This document shows positions 22,501 to 29,444 of a stretch of 64,000 nucleotides of DNA, in pieces. The DNA is from Candidatus Kapaibacteriales bacterium (lineage in GTDB: Bacteria; Bacteroidota; Ignavibacteria; Kapaibacteriales; UBA2268), in NCBI GenBank assembly GCA_965661945.1, contig CBFIFP010000001.1:853592-917591 (forward strand), written 5' to 3'. The notes under the pieces were generated by a model. The model was given only the letters and a program-made list of their open reading frames with translations, was not told the origin of the DNA and did no database searches. The translations under genes were made by a program, and so were the position numbers. Every line of letters begins with the position of its first letter. Position 1 is the stretch's first letter.

Positions 22501-22508
22501 CTTGACAT
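16578..22508 (-). CDS. Giant secreted T9SS cargo protein (1976 aa) with a LamG-like domain, a dockerin-like repeat pair and a T9SS CTD; paralog of the 2140-aa protein
   Basis: Signal peptide MLLLMFAIDVIGQ. LamG block LTIEAWVNPTKL...AWLLYLKDGKYPAFRA...IAYLYVDGELV. Dockerin AMVAGDANQDGRIDSTDIQDIL...DLNADSIVNAVDRIL. Shared block HLPIMSRFPAPFKYKGEDKSTWAIESGWDF. C-terminus ...GIYFLVLETDDGVFFEKFIKD (T9SS CTD). Confidence 0.8.
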   Translation of the reverse strand: MSRNVVIAMLLLMFAIDVIGQDYEFNIVQRRKYDQIHAEIWVKSLKPNPPVIGDAQIWLEYNSAFLRPNTNTVNGIADSISSNIDQANPLIQINSVYNSTNGYASLSALNNQTNIGIRARLISMGSGGFIPLQTGRGSFLGKVVFDIINSPAINTQTGIKFLTSNPATNVLDVNSTNITSKATLKQPSNFTIIGVTLLSPKFTGQVIDRDKPYLSLANTYQGVGYPIYFERSVNPQANPGILNGNIAYSFEYNDGSWKEIGRVADHNNRALGSSVFYRSGDIARPTGVGTLVITSSAGQAIGTSNYRNPMRVLWSKPTNIRERNSNVKLRISMLSGSVEDNIEDREKTNLVSESAQTQAMGVYFTSFLNGANEYFKTEKTFSNPTHLTIEAWVNPTKLNSGEVGIVASSGGPNQAEIFGSKEGAWLLYLKDGKYPAFRARENQNRGAGGYIVNLVAEDPIKASAFSDNEDGFSRNWTHISAILENSIAYLYVDGELVATDIINKNNDYRLLITDHPIWVGVNPNNKLDAKNYFAGAIKEVKVWRTAFGQDSIRKYSTGVINPATIDINQLPDTRTGLDLYYKLSDDLKDYATNTQFQNGINNLQHIVGTQISEIPKFVPDLPHGRITSPSRGTGLVIEQGQNYPIRFISFGLGNNSQRFSRDLYLEFSTNSGSTWVQVENQQGLKLGGNGAIDVEDNRATWEPYQSNDVGGSLRDVEPYEKRVMLRITGHENHNQRTISNTTDEFIVSREFSLRKTKSNKIYSDSTSKLLPNKEGIFIETWIKPHRFPTESESVFPILSMLDSLTNDIKYDLSLNQFGLLEFTYRNSNNQLKRAISDANKGLPEPISTTTDTAWVHIAFYFNPFNQESPYLLWVDGIELENDFGEEDFYDLNYDTLNNKRMYLGYTPIMQGGKRSNGFEGEFRELRFWRGFPAKRNYNNGKVTEFIQGALTARVDRFTRLDTLNVINSFSFNGGLFHKFGRTKVIPGSIDSSMVFEFVGFNPVYSGNKPYMRIVEPQEFTTIKQTNTNLKIRWVGFGLDNNGFTAGQRFGNPPSLQFSEKGGAGNSAVPYQYVGSNYFTGNTRNSLSLPDSNNYRFKEFGNNIIFAASVNISIANPDLNNDNLFIDQGALPIVTDNLRFRLTSRYVVESTPFQVRSESPLYTVIPGENFTLRVLLEGKHRGRTSPIEQIKTKYEEGGIKVTLLEDNYGKPGTKLASAEAVRGYEEQNVFHQNSGQRNFANLPFLFLDVNDGNYWVLVEQINHLPIMSRFPAPFKYKGEDKSTWAIESGWDFTSWNGSNNNFLVEGENPWTQQRYTAFGNGEAIKDSALWVSTGLNFNDGLIDAVVSPFPAMVAGDANQDGRIDSTDIQDILINTGGSNIQYDLNADSIVNAVDRILTQRNIGKVSSLGEYNYLVYGNSDTFTSSIDFDDKNEEQINKLNRLNKFNKTKEINSLLNNVAYEITSQTTVNNDIATVEFFIKSSGADLYLGNASFAFTFDTLKLDYLNYDNSGILFSNNQEAGYLNSFSAPNENTTLPYKNMRTIEIVLAQDKNGSLVPDIASSLGKLQFKIKTDDAIIQFNWHNSSIVYDNQRQNVNPLGIKEIISPIKQFDVRLLNPDGTKNFGVGQQIELKWVNEGNPIQLEYFNGTTWQKITDSVFSKEAESFEWRLPNNEIENARVRIIDASLSIELVRSEPFRIERRFGQIVSPSSNDRIYKGGEFVQVYFSTTGYDKIDIEYTEDGGDSWKVVKKGVDADSEKFSWTFPRTNTNVFYFRILSGNEIIDISDRIRVLNGSLNINTPNSSTEWNAGSNERVRWTSAGVDRFTLQFSLDGGVNWLDISRNVNATARYYNWDIPSIITDNAMIRAIWSDDPEMLYDMTSPFAIDLSSSTEFTQNQEKIFKLVNFESINNSIKINSKRNIKVNAKVYDIRGQLTTEIKTYFTLGNNVLYLNNNLTNGIYFLVLETDDGVFFEKFIKD

Positions 22509-22627
22509 ATTTCAACTCAATTTTATAAACAACACTACTAAGATGTCAATTAATGTGCCACTTGTTTTTTTTAGATATTACAAAATTGAGGAATATCTAT
22601 TGAAAAGTAAATAGGAGGAAATACTGA
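22437..22627. repeat. Direct repeat A (~191 bp). It covers the first ~20 codons, RBS and promoter region of the 1976-aa giant gene and is ~93% identical to 31022..31212.
   Basis: Aligned by eye. ...cctataacatcaatagcaaacataagcaaaagcattgctattactacatttcttgacatatttcaac...aatgtgccacttgttttttt...attgaggaatatctattgaaaagtaaataggaggaaatactga recurs at 31022-31212. Confidence 0.85.
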
Positions 22628-22642
22628 ATTGAAAATAAAAAG

Positions 22643-22673
22643 TGAAAAAAAGGAATTTACCTTTTTTTCACTT
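22643..22673. terminator. AT-rich perfect hairpin (GTGAAAAAAAGG-aattta-CCTTTTTTTCAC), a candidate terminator
   Basis: 12-bp perfect inverted repeat just downstream of the stop of the 22697..23113 gene. Confidence 0.4.
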
Positions 22674-22696
22674 GAATAATATTTAAATTTGATTTA

Positions 22697-23113
22697 CTAC
22701 TTGCTGTTAAGATTTAAATTCTTTATCTTTTTAACTTTGTCTTTATATTGTTTAATAAAAAAGTAAGTTAAATTCATGTAGTAAATTAAATTTAAACCAA
22801 CAAATAAATAATTTAAAATTTCTTTACTTTCAACTAAAAAATTTAGCAAAAAAGTAATAGAGATTATTACAATTAAAAAACTGTGCACCAAATTTAAATC
22901 AAATTCTGATGAATCAATTTTATTTTGATTATTATCCAAATTTGAAATTATTTTTAAAATCAAATTCTGAAAAATAATAAAAGAAAACATCACCATTTGA
23001 CTTTTAAAATTTTTGATTTCCAAAACATTTTCTTCAAAAAATGGAATCAAAAATATTTCAATTAATAGTATAATTGAAAATATTTGAATAAGTGTTTTTA
23101 ATGTATTTTTCAT
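22697..23113 (-). CDS. Small multi-pass membrane protein (138 aa), a candidate immunity protein of cassette 1
   Basis: Several hydrophobic helices (IFSIILLIEIFLIPFF, VMFSFIIFQNLILKII, FLIVIISITFLLNFLV). It sits directly downstream of the lipoprotein remnant and overlaps it by 4 bp. Confidence 0.5.
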   Translation of the reverse strand: MKNTLKTLIQIFSIILLIEIFLIPFFEENVLEIKNFKSQMVMFSFIIFQNLILKIISNLDNNQNKIDSSEFDLNLVHSFLIVIISITFLLNFLVESKEILNYLFVGLNLIYYMNLTYFFIKQYKDKVKKIKNLNLNSK

Positions 23114-23262
23114 ATTAATCCTTTACCATAAGTCAAAAGCATCCCAGATTGTTTCAACTGCTTCACCAATTCCTTTACCGGCGGTTCCTCTTTACAAGAC
23201 CATAGAAAAGTTGATAAAAATATCAAAGAAACAATGCTTAGTTTTTTTATAGTTATGCGTGT
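23110..23262 (-). pseudogene. Truncated remnant of the cassette lipoprotein: signal peptide plus ~25 aa only
   Basis: RBS AAGGAG followed by an ATG. Translation MTRITIKKLSIVSLIFLSTFLWSCKEEPPVKELV..., then stop. Paralogs continue for ~270 more aa. Confidence 0.6.
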
Positions 23263-23321
23263 CATAACATCTCCTTTAAAAAAGTTTAACAAAAAATTTC
23301 AAATATTTTTAAAAATTTCTG

Positions 23322-23380
23322 CTAAATTAAGCACTGATAAATTAAGCACTGCTAAATTAATATGCAAGAACTTTTTTTTC
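23322..23380. repeat. 15-bp tandem repeat array (~2.5 units: GCTAAATTAAGCACT-like) upstream of cassette 1
   Basis: gctaaattaagcactgataaattaagcactgctaaattaatatgcaag. The same unit family occurs upstream of all five cassettes. Confidence 0.8.
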
Positions 23381-23394
23381 ACAAAAGAGAAAGT

Positions 23395-23445
23395 TTTCCA
23401 CATTTTGTTGAGATTATTGGGGTTGGGTGGAAATTTTTTTTTAAA
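23395..23445 (-). promoter_or_regulatory. Conserved cassette box (TTTTCCACA-TTT-TTGA-ATTATTGGGGTTGGGTGGAAA), occurrence 1
   Basis: Nearly identical sequence at 28138-28190. Related copies at 26575-26625, 30783-30835 and 32740-32790. It contains the inverted repeat TTTCCAC...GTGGAAA. Confidence 0.5.
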
Positions 23446-23518
23446 ATATGGTTATAAAATAAAACATAATTATAATAGTCAATAGCAATAGTAACGCAAA
23501 ATAAATAAAAGATAAAAT

Positions 23519-23707
23519 ATGTTAATATTTGATGAAAAAATAGAAGCAAATAAATTAATCTTAAATCTACCAAATGAATTTATTGGTAAAGAGTTGGAAG
23601 TGCATATCTTTAGTAAAAAAGATAAAAACAAAATTAAATTCAAAAATTTAAGATTATTGAAAACAAAAGAATATAAATTTAATCGTGATTTAGCAAATGA
23701 ACGATAA
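23519..23707 (+). CDS. Type II antitoxin (VapB-like), 62 aa
   Basis: Small ORF overlapping the downstream PIN-domain gene by 11 bp. Classic TA operon arrangement. Confidence 0.55.
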   Translation: MLIFDEKIEANKLILNLPNEFIGKELEVHIFSKKDKNKIKFKNLRLLKTKEYKFNRDLANER

Positions 23708-24104
23708 AGTTTTTATTGATTCTAATATCTGCATATATTGCTATTCTGATGATGAATTAGAAAAATCAGAAATTGCAAGAAAAATAATTATTAAAAATAA
23801 TTCATTTACAAGTATTCAAGTATTAAAAGAGTTATCAAATACTTTAATTAAAAAATTCAAATTAGATTTTAAAAATATTGAAAATATTATAAAAGAACAA
23901 ATTGAATTAAATAATGTTTATTTAAATAATGAAACAGATATTTTAAATGCTTTAAAAATATCAAATAAATACCAATTTAGTTTTTATGATAGTTTAATTA
24001 TATCTTCTGCTATATCTACAAATTCAAATATATTATATTCTGAAGATATGCAACACAATCAGATGATTGAAAGTAAATTAAAAATCATCAACCCGTTTTT
24101 ATGA
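23697..24104 (+). CDS. PIN-domain toxin (VapC-like ribonuclease), 135 aa
   Basis: N-terminal VFIDSNICIY (first acidic PIN residue) and C-terminal FYDSLIISSAI motif. Confidence 0.7.
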   Translation: MNDKVFIDSNICIYCYSDDELEKSEIARKIIIKNNSFTSIQVLKELSNTLIKKFKLDFKNIENIIKEQIELNNVYLNNETDILNALKISNKYQFSFYDSLIISSAISTNSNILYSEDMQHNQMIESKLKIINPFL

Positions 24105-24111
24105 TTATCTC

Positions 24112-24345
24112 TTATTTTGAATAGAATAGAATTAAGTAAAAAACTAATCTTCTACCCTTCGGTGTTGGAATTTCTAGGTTCTCATTTTTAGCTACTTCTA
24201 ACCATAACTCAATAGCATCGTTTATATTATTTAGAGCATCAAATTCGGTATCACCATGAGCCATACAACCCGGTAATTCTGGGACATCAATAACGAAACA
24301 ATCGTCTTCATCGCTCCAGTATATTATTTTTTCATATTTATTCAT
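24112..24345 (-). CDS. HicB-family (UPF0150-like) antitoxin, 77 aa
   Basis: IIYWSDEDDCFVIDVPELPGCMAHGDTEFDALNNINDAIELWLE matches the HicB/UPF0150 signature (YSxxIEWSDEDxxYVAxVPELPGCxAxGDT). Confidence 0.65.
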   Translation of the reverse strand: MNKYEKIIYWSDEDDCFVIDVPELPGCMAHGDTEFDALNNINDAIELWLEVAKNENLEIPTPKGRRLVFYLILFYSK

Positions 24346-24590
24346 TTTCTTCCCAACTGAATGAAAAGATGTAAAAAATTTTTATTATATCTTTTTTGTC
24401 TTACAGCATCAACTTCCTTGATTATCTCTTCCATAGATATATCATTTGGATTTGTTTTTAGCTTTGCTAACGTTTTTAAAAATCTATCATCAACGTCATC
24501 TGAAACAATCTTAGTTATATTCATTGTTTCTAAATCGTTTAATAGATTTTTAGCAAGAGGATTATTTAATTCTATTGATAATCTTTCCAT
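24342..24590 (-). CDS. Small antitoxin-like protein (82 aa); paralog of the antitoxin paired with a PIN toxin at 28584..28805
   Basis: MERLSIELNNPLAKNLLNDLETMNITKIVSDD... is ~85% identical to the 28584..28805 product. It overlaps the downstream HicB-like gene by 4 bp. Confidence 0.5.
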   Translation of the reverse strand: MERLSIELNNPLAKNLLNDLETMNITKIVSDDVDDRFLKTLAKLKTNPNDISMEEIIKEVDAVRQKRYNKNFLHLFIQLGRK

Positions 24591-24711
24591 TTTATCTTTT
24601 AATTTATATATTTTAAATAAAGACGTAGAATTAGAATACTTTATTATTTTGAATTTAATTTATAAAATATTGAAAATAGATATTCGTTAATAGACAAAAC
24701 AAAGAATAACT

Positions 24712-24915
24712 ATGCAAGAAAATTTAAAATCAAATATTATAAGCAAAATAAATGAATTAAATGATACAGATGTATTATTCGAAATAGATTCTTTATTGCA
24801 AAATCATAAAAAAATGACACTCGAAGAATATCAGTTAAAAATCAACAATGCTGAAAAAGATATTTTGGAAAATAACCTTTATTCTTCTGAAGAAATATCA
24901 AATTTACTATTATGA
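24712..24915 (+). CDS. Type II antitoxin (ParD/RelB-like), 67 aa
   Basis: Small acidic protein whose stop overlaps the start of the RelE/ParE toxin gene (ATGA). Duplicate at 28928..29131. Confidence 0.55.
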   Translation: MQENLKSNIISKINELNDTDVLFEIDSLLQNHKKMTLEEYQLKINNAEKDILENNLYSSEEISNLLL

Positions 24916-25208
24916 AATATATTGTTTCCTGGACAAATTCTACGAAAATTGACCTTCAAGAAATTTTAGATTATTATTTAATAAATGAAAATTTTAGTAT
25001 AGCTAAAAACCTATTAAATAAAATATTAAAATCCGTGACTTTATTAGAAAGGAATCCCAAACTAGGAAAATCTGAAACTTTGTTAGATGGTGATTACAGA
25101 TTTATTCAATCAGGAATTTATAAAATAGTTTATAAAATAAATAATAAACGAATATATATAATAGCAATATTTGATAACAGAAGAAACCCAGATGAATTAG
25201 TTATTTAG
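24912..25208 (+). CDS. RelE/ParE-family toxin, 98 aa
   Basis: ...LLDGDYRFIQSGIYKIVYKINNKRIYIIAIFDNRRNP is the hallmark C-terminal region of RelE/ParE toxins. Near-identical copy at 29128..29424. Confidence 0.75.
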   Translation: MKYIVSWTNSTKIDLQEILDYYLINENFSIAKNLLNKILKSVTLLERNPKLGKSETLLDGDYRFIQSGIYKIVYKINNKRIYIIAIFDNRRNPDELVI

Positions 25209-25227
25209 TGCAATTATTTTCTTATTA

Positions 25228-25262
25228 AGTAACATCAACAAGGGGTTTTGATGCCCCTTGTT
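25228..25262. terminator. Recurrent hairpin element CAACAAGGGG-ttttgatg-CCCCTTGTTG (bidirectional terminator between convergent genes)
   Basis: Perfect ~10-bp stem. The same element is found at 26773-26810 and 29445-29480. Confidence 0.6.
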
Positions 25263-25277
25263 GAGTGATAAGTTGTT

Positions 25278-25478
25278 TTATTTTAAATTATCTATATTTT
25301 TATTTGAAAAATAAATTACATTCCCAAGTAAAATCCCTAAAATAATTTCAAATAAAAATGTTGGTTCATAGTCTTCAAAAATAAATATTGCAACATTAAA
25401 AGCAAAGACTGAAAATATTATACACATTAGCATTGTTAAAATGTAATTAATTTTTCTATTTTTTGTTATTTTTTTCAT
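25278..25478 (-). CDS. Small membrane protein (66 aa, 2 TM), a candidate immunity protein of cassette 2
   Basis: Hydrophobic helices YILTMLMCIIFSVFAFNVAIFIF and LFEIILGILLGNVIYF. Directly downstream of the cassette-2 lipoprotein. Confidence 0.5.
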   Translation of the reverse strand: MKKITKNRKINYILTMLMCIIFSVFAFNVAIFIFEDYEPTFLFEIILGILLGNVIYFSNKNIDNLK

Positions 25479-25505
25479 ATTTATAATTCTCTTATTATAA
25501 TATAA

Positions 25506-26419
25506 TTACCAATCCAACCACCAAGGTAGCCCACCGGCTGCTTCTCCAATAGCTGCTTTAACTGAGTTTATTCCTGCTCCTACCATAGCAGCACCAAGGG
25601 TAATAGCTGCTATTCCACCTGGTCCAGTAGCAACAACCGCTTCTGGATTTGTAGCAAAAAACATCAAAGCTCCACCAGCTCCACCTACTGCTCCACCGAT
25701 ATCTTTTCCCATAACATTTTTTGCAGCAGGACTTAAATCTAATAATTTTGTTTTTGAGGAATTAGATTTATTTTTATTAATACTTATTTTGATAGTTTCA
25801 TCTACATTACCCAATTCTACCCAATCATCTTAATTAGAAGTCCAATAATTTATTGTATATTTTGCTACCATTAATGTTGCACCTACTATATATTTTTCTA
25901 TCAAACTATCTAAACTATATGCTACTGGTATTTCAGAATCACAATATTGATTAAATTGTACTAAAGTCATATTTTCATCAACATATTCATTAAATACACT
26001 ATCCAAATCAGATAACATATTAAATGCTTCTTCTGTTATATCTGGATTTGAGTTCAAATAATCACTTAATGTAGCGTAAATATTAACTTCCATAGAGTCA
26101 ATATATGACAAATCGTAATTTTTATCTTCCGCAAAATTTATGACTTCATTATAAATAAAATCATTAATTGAATCTTGTGGATGAGGATCAATTTCATTTT
26201 TTATTCGAAGCAATTTGTTGTAAATGTGTCCATACATTCATTATGATGAGTACCTACATCATTTACAGCAGTTAAATAATCATTATATGTTATTGTAGCA
26301 GAATTAGTTATCCTAATCCCATCACCACTCCTAACTGGCGGTTCCTCATTACAAGAGAATAATATTGTTGATAATAAAATCATAGAATAAATGCTTAGTT
26401 TTAGTGTTATGTATTTCAT
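25506..26419 (-). pseudogene. Cassette-2 surface lipoprotein with a Gly-zipper/microcin-like C-terminus, disrupted by one -1 frameshift (~26215) and one in-frame TAA (25827-25829)
   Basis: Three ORF-track pieces (26201..26455, 25830..26237, 25506..25814) are collinear with the intact paralog 27108..27977. The N-terminus is MKYITLKLSIYSMILLSTILFSCNEEPPV. The VGTHHNE motif is present. The C-terminus is ...GGAVGGAGGALMFFATNPEAVVATGPGGIAAITLGAAMVGAGINSVKAAIGEAAGGLPWWLDW. Confidence 0.7.
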
Positions 26420-26469
26420 AATCACTCCTTTTATTAATTTAACAAAATTATTCAAATAAAATTTGAATT

Positions 26470-26560
26470 TCTGCTAAATTAAGCAATGCTGAATTAAGCA
26501 ATGCTGAATTAAGCAATGCTGAATTAAGCAATGCTAAATTAAGCAATGCTAAATTTAGTA
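26470..26560. repeat. 15-bp tandem repeat array, ~5.5 units of GCTGAATTAAGCAAT / GCTAAATTAAGCAAT
   Basis: ctgctaaattaagcaatgctgaattaagcaatgctgaattaagcaatgctgaattaagcaatgctaaattaagcaatgctaaatttag. Confidence 0.9.
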
Positions 26561-26574
26561 GAAAATTATTTTTT

Positions 26575-26625
26575 TTCCACACAAGGAGTATTTTTCCACA
26601 ATCTATTGATATATATAGATATATA
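26575..26625 (-). promoter_or_regulatory. Conserved cassette box variant (TTTTCCACAATCTATTGATATATATAGATATATA)
   Basis: Shares TTTTCCACAAT-TATTGATAT with the other four cassette upstream regions. Confidence 0.45.
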
Positions 26626-26772
26626 AGTTTATTTTTTTTTATTATTTTTTTTATATATGGACTTAGGAAGCATAAATTGGTTAATAGTTGTGTTTGTTTT
26701 TGGGTTTTGATTAATATTCAACATCGGAGATGTTGAATAGAATAGAATTAATTTAATATAATTAATAAATTA

Positions 26773-26810
26773 TTTAATACAACATCAACAAGAGGTTTTG
26801 TTGCCCCTTG
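26773..26810. terminator. Recurrent hairpin CAACAAGAGG-ttttgttg-CCCCTTGTTG
   Basis: Same element family as 25228-25262. It lies between cassette 3 and the upstream region of cassette 2. Confidence 0.5.
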
Positions 26811-26829
26811 TTGAGTAAAATTTGTTTTA

Positions 26830-27135
26830 TTACAAATTGTTCTTGCTTTTTATTTTGCTTTTTTTATATTTTTCTAGCTCAAAACAAAAAATACCACACA
26901 TCAAGCCAAAAACAATTGAAACAATAATTACTGAAGAGTCATAAACATCATCAGTTCCAAAAAGTAAAATATAGACAATTATTTGTAACAAAAACATTTC
27001 AATTATTGAAAATATAGTGAGTTTAATTCGAGATTTATATTTAAAATCAAAATATATTTTTATAACTGATAATAAAATCTTCTTTGAATTATGCTCTTTC
27101 ATATTTATCAACCAGTTATGCCTTGCAACCACCAT
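26830..27135 (-). CDS. Small membrane protein (≤101 aa; the start may be the internal MKEHNSKK), a candidate immunity protein of cassette 3
   Basis: Two hydrophobic helices (LTIFSIIEMFLLQIIVYILLF; VIIVSIVFGLMCGIFCF). It overlaps the 3' end of the lipoprotein gene. Confidence 0.5.
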   Translation of the reverse strand: MVVARHNWLINMKEHNSKKILLSVIKIYFDFKYKSRIKLTIFSIIEMFLLQIIVYILLFGTDDVYDSSVIIVSIVFGLMCGIFCFELEKYKKSKIKSKNNL

Positions 27136-27977
27136 GGAACATCTATCACAATAGAAAGTGCTGATACACCAGACGCAGCTGCACCACCGACTAGTCCTGC
27201 ATTAATTGTAATGGCAATAGCTACTGCTGGTCCTCCAACCCAACTATAGTATAGTCCGTGAACAGCACCTCCTACTGCCCCAGCAACATCTGCTGATATG
27301 ACTCTTTTAGCTTCTGGGCTTAATGCTAATAATCTATTATTATTTTTATTCTGATGTTTCAATTCATTCTTTATTTGTATAGAACTTTCTTCCTCAAGCA
27401 AGTCAATCCAATCATCAAAATTAGTATTCCAATAATTAGCCGAATTTTTTGCTACACTTAATGCAATACCAACAACGTAAGCTTCAGTGATTGAATCTAA
27501 TGAATATGCTATGTTTATATTTGTATTGCAATACGTTTCAAATTGCATAAGAGTTATTCCATCATTAGAATACACATTAAAAACACTATCTAAACTAATC
27601 AGCATATTTTTTGCAGATTGACTTAAAATAGTATCAGTTGTTAAAATATCATTAATTGCAATTGGGTTAAAATAAAAATCTGATATCCCAGTAGTATCAA
27701 CATTGGAATTATCAAACCCATTAACATAAGCAAAAGATAGTGAATTTCCTATTAGGTAATCCAGTAGAGGAATATCTGGTTGTTCTATTTCATCGTTTTT
27801 TATTTTAGAAAGCAAAGTATACATACTGTCTAAGTACTCATTATGTAAAGAACCAACTGTATTTACATCATTTGTAAAATCATACAAACTTACACTATTT
27901 AATATTCTTAAATTTTGTGTAGAATTAACCGGCGGTTCCTCTTTACAAGAGAATAAAATTGTTGATAATAATATCAT
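27108..27977 (-). CDS. Cassette-3 surface lipoprotein with a Gly-zipper/microcin-like C-terminus (289+ aa). The body is intact, but the ancestral ATG of the signal peptide is ATC here, so the ORF track starts at an internal Met.
   Basis: Upstream in frame: AAAGGAGctgttATCAAGCACATAACACAAAAACTAAGCATTTTTTCT... = (I)KHITQKLSIFSMILLSTILFSCKEEPPV. Conserved VGSLHNEYLD motif. C-terminus ...RVISADVAGAVGGAVHGLYYSWVGGPAVAIAITINAGLVGGAAASGVSALSIVIDVPWWLQGITG with GxxxG zippers. Confidence 0.7.
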   Translation of the reverse strand: MILLSTILFSCKEEPPVNSTQNLRILNSVSLYDFTNDVNTVGSLHNEYLDSMYTLLSKIKNDEIEQPDIPLLDYLIGNSLSFAYVNGFDNSNVDTTGISDFYFNPIAINDILTTDTILSQSAKNMLISLDSVFNVYSNDGITLMQFETYCNTNINIAYSLDSITEAYVVGIALSVAKNSANYWNTNFDDWIDLLEEESSIQIKNELKHQNKNNNRLLALSPEAKRVISADVAGAVGGAVHGLYYSWVGGPAVAIAITINAGLVGGAAASGVSALSIVIDVPWWLQGITG

Positions 27978-28064
27978 AGAAAAAATGCTTAGTTTTTGTG
28001 TTATGTGCTTGATAACAGCTCCTTTATCTTAATTTAACAATTATTCAAATAAAATTTGAATTTC

Positions 28065-28125
28065 TGCTTAATTAAGCAATGCTAAATTAAGTAATGCTAA
28101 ATTAAGATGCAAGAACTTTTTTTTC
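28065..28125. repeat. 15-bp tandem repeat array (~2.5 units) upstream of cassette 3
   Basis: ctgcttaattaagcaatgctaaattaagtaatgctaaattaagatgcaag. Confidence 0.8.
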
Positions 28126-28137
28126 AAAAAAAGAGAA

Positions 28138-28190
28138 AGTTTTCCACAATTTATTGATATTATTGGGGTTGGGTGGAAATTTTTTTTTGG
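28138..28190 (-). promoter_or_regulatory. Conserved cassette box, occurrence 3 (nearly identical to 23395-23445)
   Basis: agttttccacaatttattgatattattggggttgggtggaaatttttttt. Confidence 0.5.
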
Positions 28191-28192
28191 TA

Positions 28193-28600
28193 TTAATAAT
28201 CTTTTAAGATAAATTCAAATTCACTATATTTTATGATTTTAGTATATCCAATTTGATTTAAAACTAATAAGTCATAGTCCCCAGTAATTATAAAATCTGA
28301 ATTGCTATCAACTGCAAGATTTAAAATAAAATTGTCTTTTCTATCTCTACAAATTTTTATGTTTGATTCAATGTGAATTTGTAAACCATATTTTTTCAAT
28401 AAATCTATAATATTATTGACATCATCTTCTTCAAAATACTTTTTAAATTTTTTTCTTTTAGATACATCTTTAATTTCATCTAATAGTTCATCAGAATAAA
28501 CTAAAGTAATAATATTATTCTTCAATAAATTATAAATCACTTCGAATTTATTTGATATTAAAAAATAAATCCAAACATTAGTATCAAATATTATTTTCAT
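28193..28600 (-). CDS. PIN-domain toxin (TIGR00305-like putative TA toxin), 135 aa
   Basis: MKIIFDTNVWIYFL (first PIN acidic residue) and DFIITGDYDLL near the C-terminus. It overlaps the upstream antitoxin gene. Confidence 0.7.
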   Translation of the reverse strand: MKIIFDTNVWIYFLISNKFEVIYNLLKNNIITLVYSDELLDEIKDVSKRKKFKKYFEEDDVNNIIDLLKKYGLQIHIESNIKICRDRKDNFILNLAVDSNSDFIITGDYDLLVLNQIGYTKIIKYSEFEFILKDY

Positions 28601-28805
28601 TATATCTTTTCTGTCTTACAACATCAACTTCCTTGATTATTTCTTCCACAGAAATATCATTTTTTTTAGTCTTTAGCTTAGCTAAAGTTTGTAAAAATCT
28701 TTCATCAACGTCATCTGAAACAATTTTAATCAAATTAAGTGTTTCTAAATCATTTAATAGATTTTTAGCAAGCGGATTAGTTAATTCTATTGATAATCTT
28801 TCCAT
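28584..28805 (-). CDS. Antitoxin partner of the PIN toxin (73 aa)
   Basis: MERLSIELTNPLAKNLLNDLETLNLIKIVSDD... It overlaps the PIN gene by 17 bp. Paralog of 24342..24590. Confidence 0.55.
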   Translation of the reverse strand: MERLSIELTNPLAKNLLNDLETLNLIKIVSDDVDERFLQTLAKLKTKKNDISVEEIIKEVDVVRQKRYNENNI

Positions 28806-28927
28806 TTTTTTTTATTTAATTTATGTATCTTAAATAAAGACGAAGATTAGAATACTTTATTTTTTGAATTTAATTTATAAAATATTGAAAATAGATATTC
28901 GTTAATAGACAAAAACAAAGAGTATCT

Positions 28928-29131
28928 ATGCAAGAAAATTTAAAATCAAATATTATAAACAAAATAAATGAATTAAATGATACAGATGTATTATTTGAAA
29001 TAGATTCTTTATTGCAAAATCATAAAAAAATGACACTCGAAGAATATCAGTTAAAAATCAACAATGCTGAAAAAGATATTTTGGAAAATAACCTTTATTC
29101 TTCTGAAGAAATAGCAAATTTACTATTATGA
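28928..29131 (+). CDS. Type II antitoxin (ParD/RelB-like), duplicate of 24712..24915
   Basis: 67 aa, ~98% identical to the 24712 copy. It overlaps the downstream toxin start. Confidence 0.55.
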   Translation: MQENLKSNIINKINELNDTDVLFEIDSLLQNHKKMTLEEYQLKINNAEKDILENNLYSSEEIANLLL

Positions 29132-29424
29132 AATATATTGTAAGGTGGACTAATTCTGCGAAAATTGACCTTCAAGAAATTTTAGATTATTATTTAATAA
29201 ATGAAAATTATAGTATTGCTAAAAACCTATTAAATAAAATATTAAAATCCGTGACTTTATTAGAAAGGAATCCCAAACTAGGAAAATCTGAAACTTTGTT
29301 AGATGGTGATTACAGATTTATTCAATCAGGAATTTATAAAATAGTTTATAAAATAAATAATAAACGAATATATATAATAGCAATATTTGATAGCAGAAGG
29401 AACCCAGATGAATTAGTTATTTAG
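29128..29424 (+). CDS. RelE/ParE-family toxin, duplicate of 24912..25208
   Basis: 98 aa differing at ~4 residues from the 24912 copy. The flanking non-coding sequence is also duplicated. Confidence 0.75.
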   Translation: MKYIVRWTNSAKIDLQEILDYYLINENYSIAKNLLNKILKSVTLLERNPKLGKSETLLDGDYRFIQSGIYKIVYKINNKRIYIIAIFDSRRNPDELVI

Positions 29425-29444
29425 TGCATTTATCTTTTTATTTA

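Noticed and set aside
24361-24690. 109-aa plus-strand ORF (also 28633..28833) overlapping the MERLSIEL antitoxin genes
   Set aside because: It is antisense to two duplicated, conserved small antitoxin genes. The translation is low-complexity and probably spurious.
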